Source: Eledone cirrhosa (taxonomy: Eukaryota). From it: DNA of 64,000 bases. Both the position numbers and the translations under genes were made by a program. Each line of letters begins with the position of its first letter. Positions within the stretch are counted from its first letter, which is position 1. Below, piece after piece: positions 54,390-64,000 of this stretch. The stretch is from the NCBI GenBank assembly GCA_964016885.1, contig CAXHJY010000907.1, positions 1 to 64,000 on the forward strand. The letters run 5' to 3'. The notes below the pieces were generated by a model. It worked only from the letters and a program-made list of their open reading frames with translations. It searched no databases and was not told where the DNA came from.

Positions 54390-55347
54390 AGGATTCTAGT
54401 ATTTCTTCCTTAGCTCCTTAACATTTACCAACCTCATTTCACATTTTCCTCTATTCTTAAAGAAAATATTTACCAAAAACACCAGGTTACAAGATGTTTC
54501 TAGTTAAATTTCTCATGTTCTCTGTTCATGTTCAAACCATTTATTTTCAGGGATGCCTGCCTGTATTTTTTATGAGATGGATTGAAACTATACACTTTGC
54601 TTCTCATCATTCCAGAGCTTTAACCAACACAGATTGCTACAGTAACTGTGAAACAAAATATTTTGGATTCTGTTCCACTTTAAATAGGCTATGTGTGTCA
54701 TATGCATAGAAAACTACCAGGTTTCTTAGTACACTGGCAAATACTCACATACTACTTAAGGGGTGTATATGGCAACAGTGTTAAGGGTAGGCCACAGCCT
54801 GTAAAGGATAAAGGAGTGGAATGACTGGGGTAAGGTCAGTGTAGTTTAATGTTGGACTTGTGTTGTTAGAGGTCAGTAGCTGATGGAAATACCACATCAG
54901 TTAAGGAAGTCACACACACACACACACACAAAAATGATGCTGAAACTATGTCAGTAAAGACCCACACAATTATCTATTCTTAACTCTGAACACTGTAATG
55001 ATATAGCTGAAAATATTTCAAAATAGGTTTCTTAATTCAAATGTTTATAGTATCATTACTGGTGGACATATTGTTGTGAATATTAGCAGTAAACTGAAAT
55101 GAAGACTTCACTTTTTTATGTGGTACATGAATTACGCTAGCATAATATTCTTGAAAAGTACAAAACACTAAAAATCAAAGTTTTTACTTTAATGCTACAC
55201 ATTTTTGCAACGGCCTGTCTACTAGTAAAGATATTATAAACTTTTGAATTAACAAACCTGCTTTTAGATATTTTCTGCTAAATCATTTTTGAACATCTAT
55301 GCAGATTTAGTTGACCCCAAACCAAGTTGCATCTCATAGAAAGTTTC

Positions 55348-55519
55348 TTAACCCATTAGCATTTAAACCAATCATATCCGGGCAGAATTCTCTCACCTCT
55401 TTCTGTTCAAACCAGCCATAACCAGCCTCTCATAAAATTCCAAATAATTATGTGAGATAAAGTGTTTACCGTGAAAATACAATAGTAAATATAGAGTAAT
55501 GTAAATACTAAAGGGTCAA
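55348..55519 (-). mobile_element. MITE family A copy (reverse, internally deleted)
   Basis: Seen: ttaacccattagcattta ... tactaaagggtcaa. Confidence 0.8.
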
Positions 55520-56832
55520 ATGTCTTAATGATAGAGGCTCCAGTCCTATCTATCATGAAAGCTACATGAAATGAAGCATCTTGCTTAAGAACAAAACACA
55601 CTGGCAAGACCAAGAATCAAAACTATGACCTTGTGATAGTGAGTCAAAAACTCTAAGCCATTATCTAGGATTCAGTTTGAAGTCCTGAGAATGTTACCAA
55701 AATGACAGCCAGCTGAAAAAAAGTTTGGCGGGTACCACATCTTAAACACTGTAACTATAATAACCAAGATGAAAACATTAACATAAAAATATTAGTTCAT
55801 ATAATATGTACACACTGATATCAATGCCTTGATAAAATACTCCCCCAGCACACAATAAAGTGGTTTGTGTTAGGAAGGGAATCCAGCTGTAGAAACCATG
55901 CTAAACTTGAACATTTGAGCAAGACGTGATCATCTGACCAGTCTGGTCTCAATGTGACAACCTATCCAATCCATACCAACAGAGAAAAGAGACAGTGGTG
56001 AAGAGGTAGTGGTGATGATAATGATGATATATAAATATGTAAACAGTTGTTAAAACTATAACGGATAAAAAATTCTGAATGGTTAGTGATTTAGTTAATG
56101 AACCTATTAAAGTTAAAACTGCCAGAGAAATTTACTATTATGTTACATTCATCATTTTCACTAGACATAATTTCTTAATTGTCATTCATAAATTGTTAGC
56201 CTATTTTACTAGGATGGCCAGTGTGTGTATTAGATCTTTGTTTTACTGATACTGAGAGTTACAGTTGTTCAACAGAACAGCCTGCTTGTGTAAGTGACTG
56301 AGCATTCCACAGACATGTGCACCCTTCATGTAGAATATGTATGTGATAAAGTTGGACCTTTGAAATGCAGATACAACTCATTTTTGAGTGGACTGGAGCA
56401 ACATGAAATAAAGTGCTTTGCCCAATTTGCAACCAGAAATTGAACTCCAGCCTTAGGATTGTAAGCCAAACACCTTAACCAGAACGCCACATGTCTATAT
56501 ATAGTGTAACACACACATACATGTTATGTGTGAGTGTGTGTACACTATATTTTTCTTATCTGCTCAAATTTTTATTTCATTTCTATACAAAATATATAAT
56601 TATAGCAACAGCTAATATGACCCTGCCTCCTCCCCTCTCTTCCTTGAAAAAGTAAGCAACTATACACACACCTCATTGTCTTTTCTTCTTTCACTCCCTC
56701 TCTAGAAACTAATTAACCACACACACATCTTTCTCTTCCTTGAAACAGCAAGTAACAAACTTTAATTGCACCCTGCAATCAAGTTTTATACACTGAACTA
56801 ATTTTCTAATTAACTCATTATCCAACGAGAGT

Positions 56833-56945
56833 ACAACATAGTATAGTATATAGCACAACATAGTATAGTATATAGCACAACATAGTATAATATAGCACAT
56901 CATAGTATAATATAGCATCTATCATATCATAGTATAATATAGCAG
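56833..56945. repeat. About 20-23-bp tandem repeat (caacatagtatagtatatagca)
   Basis: Seen directly, about 5 units. Confidence 0.85.
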
Positions 56946-57593
56946 TTGAATCTATCAATATTAGGCAGGTCATCATTTTGATTGCTATTCAGTAATGGAA
57001 ATCACATGACAATCAGTGTCACTGAAAGGATTAACCCCTTTGTTACCAAACTGCTCCTGGTTCTATTATGAAAAACCTTTAGTGTGTTTTACACTTGAAT
57101 TTAAACTTTTCATTGTAATTTTTTGTAAGATCCTTTTCTTAATTTATGTTCTAAACAACTTAACAATGAGAAAGTTAGTTATATTACTAAATTCCTCCAC
57201 ATCTTTGATTATTTAAAAAATATTTGAAAATCATAAGCAGTGCCTTTCATTAAAAAATATGGTAGCAAAGAGGTAACCCTTTCATTGTATTTTTCATGAA
57301 TGACACTGCCTGTGATTTTCAAATAATTTTGAAAATAGGAATTTTGGAGGAATTTAATAATATAACTAACTTTTTTTATTATTAAACTGGTTTTGTAATG
57401 TAGCTGAACAAAAATGTTTTACATAAAATTATATAAGAACATTTTAAAACAGACAGATTTGTATCATAGAACCAGGGGCAGTTTCAGACAGTTTGGTATC
57501 AAAAGGGTTAACTAGAAAGAGACAATGGCCTCAATATTGTGTCATCTGTGTAATGGCATGACCCATGAGATATATCAAATGTGTTAGTGCGAC

Positions 57594-57802
57594 TTAACCC
57601 TTTAGCATTTCCATTACTCTATATCTACTATTGTATTTCACAGAAAACACTTTATCTCACATAATATCAAATCTATGAGATTTTGACATTTATTTTGAGA
57701 ATACCTTAACATAAGTATGAGCAAGCAGTTACAGCCGGTATGAACAGAAAGAGGTGAGAAAATTCTGGCCAGATATAGCCGGTTTAAATGCTAAAGGGTT
57801 AA
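57594..57802 (+). mobile_element. MITE family A copy
   Basis: Seen: TTAA TSDs and near-perfect TIRs. Confidence 0.9.
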
Positions 57803-58314
57803 TAGTGTGGATATACATGATAAATGCACCCAGTACATTGTGTAAAGTTGTTGGTGATAGGAAAGATATCCAGCCATAGAAAACGTAAACAAAGGGTTGG
57901 GAAGAACTTAACTAAATAAAAGACTTGACAACCTCCCTAGAACTAGTGCCACAATAAAATGCATTCGAAATAGTGCAGCAACATATATAACTAAGACCCC
58001 CACCCCCATCTGAAAGATCCGTATCTCTGCTTAAATATTGATTTAGTCTGTGATGACCCATTCAACCCACGCTAGCAGAGAAGACGGATGTTAAATGAGG
58101 GTAAAAATATATTAACTGTATTTGTGTGACTTCTTCCATTACTACAAAGAAAAAAAGGAGACAAAGAGAGAATTTTTACCTTTAGCAGGGATTTCCAACC
58201 CTTTTTTTGGAGAATACAAACCCCAAATATTATCAAATGATTTATAAAGAACCCTTAAGCTTGCTATTTCATTATATGCATGTGAAATATTACTAAGAGA
58301 CTTATAAAGTACTC

Positions 58315-58520
58315 TTAACCCTTTAGCATTTAAACCGGCTGTATCTGGCCAGAATTCTCTCACTTCTTTCTGTTCTAACCGGCTGTTCATACTGATGTTA
58401 AGGTATTGTTCTCAAAATAAATAATATCAAAATCTCATAGATTCGATATTATGTGAGATAATGCTTTTACTCCAAAAATACAATAGTAAATATAGAGTAA
58501 TGTAAATACTAAACGGTTAA
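58315..58520 (-). mobile_element. MITE family A copy (reverse)
   Basis: Seen: TTAA TSDs and TIRs. Confidence 0.9.
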
Positions 58521-61500
58521 ACTAGGTTCTTCATAATAGGAATCCCAAATACAACTGAGAATCTATATAAAACCTTTAAACTTGATATTTCATGATATGG
58601 ACACAAATATTACTGAGAAACTTAAAAAGAACCCTTAAATATGAACCCCAAATATTTACTGAAAGACTTGAAAAGAACCCTTTAAAAAAAAAAAAAGCTA
58701 TATCATTTCATAAAAGAAAGACATATTAAAATAGAAGCTTTAGAATGTTGTGAAGAACTGTGAACCTTGTAGGAATATCCCTATTTCACAAATCCCTGAA
58801 ATATTTTAGTGAACCATCTGGTTTTCTAAGAACCCTGCTTGGAGACCACTGGTTTATTTATACACATGAAAAAAAAAACATCAGAAACAAAAATGGGATT
58901 TAATTAATTTAGAAGTTTTGAAATTTACCTTAAAATAAGATATTTTAAAATTCAGATTATCATTGTTATTGAGGCAATAGGTTGGGTAGGTCTATCATTC
59001 CTGACATTTTTAATGAATTGTTGAAGCAGGTTTTTGTCAACTGGATGGCTAGCTGCCCCATTTAACATCTTTCATTACTACATTTCTAATGTATATTTTT
59101 AACGATAATCAATAATTTGGAAGGATTTAATGATATAACAACTTTCTTTTGATTAAGCTAATGTTTGGAGATTAGCTTAAAAAAGGATCATACATAAAAT
59201 TATGCAAAAAGGTTTTGAGATAAGTATAAACACTTTAAAAGAAACAGCTTGGTATTGTATAACTAGGGACGGCTGCAGGCAGTTTGATATCAAAAGGGTT
59301 AGTTAATGCTTCAACTCACTCAATAATAAACGCTTTGGCTGGAATATTTGGGTGCATGTCCAAATTATATATGTATAGTATACAGTCTCTCCTGCGATTT
59401 GAACTCAGGAAGCAAGATGGTTTTCAGTGTATAAAGAATGTTTCTAAAGTCGAAATAAAGTAGAGAAAGCAAGTAACTATCAAAAATAATAATAAACGTA
59501 GTATTTCAGGAAGTCTGGTAAGCGAGGCAGACATAGCACAAAAGAAATACTAAAAGGTGATAATAACAATAATAATATCTAACATTGGCAGATGGCCAGG
59601 AAAGTTGGAGCTGGGCTCAGTTCATTTGGACTGGTACATGTTTTATCAAACACAGAAATATCACAAGATAAAACTTGAACTAAAAACATAAAGGGGCATA
59701 ACTAAATCCCTGGAAGGTTTTTATTTTGGTACTCTTGCAAACACAACACAACACATTTTCATAGAAGGAAAACTTGATTGAATTGACCCCAGGTTGAAAG
59801 CAAAGGTAACCCTGACTGGATTTGATCTCAGAATGTAAAGGAGTATAACTAATAACACAAGGTATATTAGCCAGCGCTCTACCGATTCTGCCAAATAATA
59901 TACACAAATAATGAAATTGTTGGAGAAAATGTCCCCTCCTAGTAATAATATTAGTCGTTTGTTTATGAGACCAGCTGAAAAGGACTACACTTTTAAAGCA
60001 AAGAAGGAAATGAATACAAGTCAAGTCGGATTTTCAGCTACCAGTGTGTAGTGAACTGACTACACATCTAAAATTGGGAGAAGTGGGAGGATGTTAAATT
60101 GGAAGGTGTAAAGTGGTGTGAATGGAGTTTGTGTGGTGCACCTTAATATAGACTTCACCTAGCGGCCTACACAATACAACTTTCCCCACACAGATAACAT
60201 ATACCATGTGACTTCTAGTGCCAAGATAATACAGGTACAAGATGGGAGAAGGCTTATAAGATAGAACAAGAGATTACTTTACCATGTCGAAACCATTCTG
60301 CCTGAAATCTTTGCAAAAATAACCAACTGGCCATTTCCTTTCATAATTGTGTGTTATCTACACGCACATTATATATATTAAACAGATAGACACACACACA
60401 AATGACTGAGATCAGTAAAATTAAAAATAAAAGAACCGATTACTTAAAAAAAGATTGAAAACATTTTTAAAATGGGAAAAGCTAGTAAAGTAACCTTGGA
60501 TTAAAAAAAAAAGTAGATAGCGCCTGCGAGGAATAAAAGAATATATATTACACACACACACACACACACTATAAATATGGATGAGATGTTACTAATCAAG
60601 ACCAATAAGACCGTTATTCAACTTAGTACTATGTACTTAAGAAATATAGAGTAGATATTAAGGGCTTTCTGCACTTTTGCTGCTTCGATAGCAAATTTGC
60701 TATCGAAACTATGGCAGAGATCTTTATTATATATATAATCTTTGAGTGATTGTTCTGTTTGTCTTTTTTTTTTTATCTTGAACTATATATATAGAGATAG
60801 ATAGACACCGAGCTAAAAAAAACGTTAATTAATAAGTATATAATAAACATGGTAAAAGTTGAAGCCCCAGCACTCCAACACTTCTCTTCACAAATATATA
60901 TATATATTTACGTCAGTTAGAAGTAGGACTGAGAAAATATACGGTGCTGCCAGCGAGCGAGTGGATGGGAACACGCACACACAAAGCATGCTTCTCGATG
61001 CGCGCACGGACGTGTGTGTGTGTATATATCAAAGAATGCCTATTATTTGTGTGTGTGTGTGTATATATATATATAGAGAGAGAGAGTGTGTGTGTGTTGT
61101 GTTTGTGTGTAGACACCTGAGGTAAAAGCTTCGAAGAAAACAAATATAGAATGTCATGTAAAATGCGTTAGACAAAATTGTTTCTAATATAACGTTTTCT
61201 ATTCATAATAAACAGTGAAGACAGAAAGCGTGCTGTTTGTTATTGTGTCGAACTCCCATCACACGGTCCATTGTAGTTCATTATGGCGAATAGAAACAGA
61301 ATATAGAATAAATAACCTTAGCTGGCAGAAAGAAAAAGGAGACAACGAAAAAATAAAGTCCTATCTTGACATTGTCATTTTTTAATCTGTCGAACAAAAC
61401 AACAAAAACAAAAAACAAACTCTCATTACACTTTAATACAGAACATATCACTACACTTCAATATATCATATTAAACTTTAATACATGATATATACACTCG

Positions 61501-62244
61501 CTACACTTTAATACAGAATATATACACTTTAATACAACATATATTAAACTTTAATACATATTTTAAAGTATGAACACGTTTATTTTGAATGTCTGGCTTT
61601 TAATGACGAAAGGGAAATCACATTGGACAAAGACGTGCTAGTGAAATACAATGGTTAATTTTATTATATCTGATAATCACTGGCAGACTGACCGTTATAA
61701 TGAATACATAGATGGTTAGCTTGTGTTGTGGCTAGATAGGACGTTTATAAATCTCAACACGACTATTGTTATTATATGCAAAAATCAAATCAATGTTAAC
61801 GGATATCAGGAAAATATCCTTGATGTTATCATTATTATTTATTTCAATATATATCAATAAGGCGGTGCCCCAGTATGACCAGCCTGATGACTGAAACTAG
61901 AATATATTTATATATATATTATGTACACAAACACATACGAAAAATGTTATTTATTCTTTCTCTGTAAATAACTGACAATATAATAGAAACAGTATTGGGA
62001 GAGATTACTAGTCGAGTAAAGAAAGAAAAGATTATAAAGAAGGTGAGATGAGATATATTCGAGGTAAGGGAAAACGTGATAAGAGGAGGGGCGGAGGATG
62101 GTGAGAATGATGGTTGATGGTGGGGGAAAATGTTATCTCTCTTAACACAAGAGAACTCCGCACTAACTGCTGCTCTTTCATCTAATTTCTCTGCACTTTT
62201 CTGGGGATGAGGAAAGTGTAAAATGAAAGAGTGAATTTACTCAC

Positions 62245-62289
62245 CGTCAAAGCACCAGTAGGCATTATGAAATGCATCCTGCTCAACAT
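62245..62289 (-). CDS. First coding exon of host gene (MLSRMHFIMPTGALT); full exon 62245-62299
   Basis: Seen: minus-strand acceptor ttctcctccttttccAG before 62299, donor ACG|GTGAGT after 62245, in-frame TAA immediately before ATG 62289, further in-frame ATGs at 62277 and 62265, phase 0. Inference: MPTGALT plus the next exon matches my recollection of a conserved invertebrate family starting MPTGAxTxCYV (possibly DUF7153); not verified by search. Confidence 0.75.
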
Positions 62290-62469
62290 TTATAGCTCTC
62301 TGGAAAAGGAGGAGAAAAGTGAGATGAATCATTTGAAAGGCAGCTGTGTTTCAGTTGACTGAGCAGACAGTAACACACACACACAAGCAGGGATGGCGGT
62401 GAGCAGGCAGAGTGAAAGAACTATAGTAACAGTACTGCTAATGATGATGATGGTGGTTTAGAGGAGTTG

Positions 62470-62810
62470 GTAAACCAACCGCCTGCTAGCTTGCTTGCCT
62501 TGCTCTGCCTGCTTCTGTATGTGTGAGTGTGTGTAGTGTCTATATCTTTGCTTGGTTTGGTCCGCCTGCTTCTGTTTGTGTGTAATGTCTATGTGTAAAT
62601 CTGTATGTGTCTTTGCTTGGCTTGGTCTGACTGCTTCTGTCTGTGTGTATGTCTGTACATGAGCGTAGTGTCTATGTGTAAATTTCTGTGTGTCTTTACT
62701 TGGCTTGGTATATAAGTGTGTAGTGCCTGTGTCTGCCTGCTTCTGTATTTGTGTGTGTGTCTTTACTTGGCTTGGCGTGTATGTCTGTGTCTTTGCTTGC
62801 CAGTCTGCTT
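62470..62810. repeat. Degenerate tandem repeat (gcttggcttgg...ctgcctgcttctgt...gtgtgt) next to the start exon
   Basis: Seen: about 5 diverged units of roughly 60-80 bp. Confidence 0.7.
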
Positions 62811-62970
62811 GTTGGACCACCTCTGGGCAGGGAGTGTAGAACACAGAATGAAAACGACACACGTACACAGTGAAATGGAGAAGAAGGCTTGACAACTAAT
62901 AATCTTAGCATTCAGCTAAAAAAGAAATTCTGGACACACACACACACGTATATTATATATAAACACATAC

Positions 62971-63209
62971 CATCTAGCAAACATTAAGCAGACTGTTTTA
63001 AACCAGAGCCTAGGAATATTCAATACTCAAGCAGGGACTTTGGAGCCAGTCATATAAAGTCATTGATTTAATAGTGGGAGCTAGGCAGCATCCGGATATA
63101 TTTTCCAAACGGTTCGCTCCTTATCTCCTCAGCTGCTAAAGAAGCCAAATATTTGTGTGGGGACTTGTAGTGAATTTTATTGTGATCGCTTCGACGAAGT
63201 AAAATGTTT
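62971..63209 (-). other. Candidate 5' UTR exon of host gene
   Basis: Seen: acceptor tcgtagctttttttttcaccAG, donor ATG|GTATGT, short uORFs only, locally CpG-rich unique sequence 0.7 kb upstream of the ATG exon. Could instead be part of a first exon. Confidence 0.45.
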
Positions 63210-63540
63210 CTGGTGAAAAAAAAGCTACGAGATAGAGAGAAGGGTGAAACTGAAAATATGAAGAATACAAGAGAGAGAACATAAGGTTGCGAGGAATTAG
63301 GAAGGAAGAGAGAGTGTAGGGGGGGGGGGAGACAAGAAATAAGTTGAAGACGGTACGAAAAAGGAGGGAGAGAGACATACATATGTATAAAGATGCAAAT
63401 GTTGAATGGAAGTTAAGAGAGAGGGTGAAAGTGAAGAAGAGAAAGAAACGGAAAGACAAGACGAGGAAATTATGGATAAATAGCAGTGAGGGAGCGCGCA
63501 AATTTTAAGCGCTCGTGTCTGTGTGTGTGTGTGCATATAA
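63210..63540 (-). promoter_or_regulatory. Putative promoter/5' region of the minus-strand gene (CpG-containing, CT-rich on minus strand)
   Basis: Seen: many CpGs (gcgcgc, gcgctcgtg) versus the CpG-poor intron, pyrimidine tracts and (CA)n; position upstream of the first exons. TSS not identifiable. Confidence 0.35.
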
Positions 63541-63548
63541 AATATAAA

Positions 63549-63743
63549 CATATATATATATACATATATATATACACACATATATATATATATATATGTA
63601 CATATATATATATACATATATATATACACACATATATATATATATATATGTACATATATATATATACATATATACATATATATATATATACATATATACA
63701 CACATATATATATATATGTACATATATATATATACATATATAC

Positions 63744-63776
<33 letters not shown>

Positions 63777-63791
63777 CATATATACATATAC

Positions 63792-63890
<99 letters not shown>

Positions 63891-64000
63891 CATATACACA
63901 TATACATATATATATATATATATACATATATATATACATATATACATATACATATATACATATACATATATACATATACATATATATATATACATATATA
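63549..64000. repeat. Compound (TA)n/(TACA)n microsatellite running off the window
   Basis: Seen directly. Confidence 0.99.

Noticed and set aside
58185-58852. Possible hAT element (cagggatttccaacc ... ttggagaccactg)
   Set aside because: Termini are suggestive but no matching 8-bp TSD, so not listed as a feature.
61883-61900. cctgatgactgaaact hammerhead-like string
   Set aside because: No stem II; matches a retroposon 3' end also seen at 40255-40305.
62458-62895. 145-aa minus-strand ORF rich in Q/T/H/K
   Set aside because: Product of the degenerate GT-rich tandem repeat; no splice or homology support.
63297-63995. Long ORFs of 158-232 aa (YIYIYI...), also 42730-42964
   Set aside because: Translations of TA/TACA microsatellites.

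Overview
AT-rich, microsatellite- and transposon-dense animal genomic DNA. The repeat repertoire (tRNA-headed SINEs with (ATG)n tails, RTE LINEs, TTAA MITEs) suggests an octopod cephalopod; this is inference from recalled repeat families, not a search. Most of the window appears to be intronic sequence of one minus-strand gene. A start-codon exon at 62245-62299 and a 64-nt exon at 15558-15621 splice in frame across a 46.6-kb intron to give MLSRMHFIMPTGALT|CYVVSNCSLCEWRSNVPTVAS, which resembles the N-terminus of a conserved, uncharacterised invertebrate protein family. Later exons were not found and probably lie left of the window. Mobile elements include a 2.46-kb non-autonomous Helitron that still carries a spliced, open STPR-repeat mini-ORF, a full-length but dead mariner (D,D34D), RTE, CR1 and CRE-like LINE fragments, two very abundant TTAA (piggyBac-like) MITE families, and mariner and hAT MITEs. 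Penelope-like remnants carry hammerhead-ribozyme motifs, one with an intact core. Almost all ORFs in the supplied track are spurious (microsatellite or antisense-to-TE).
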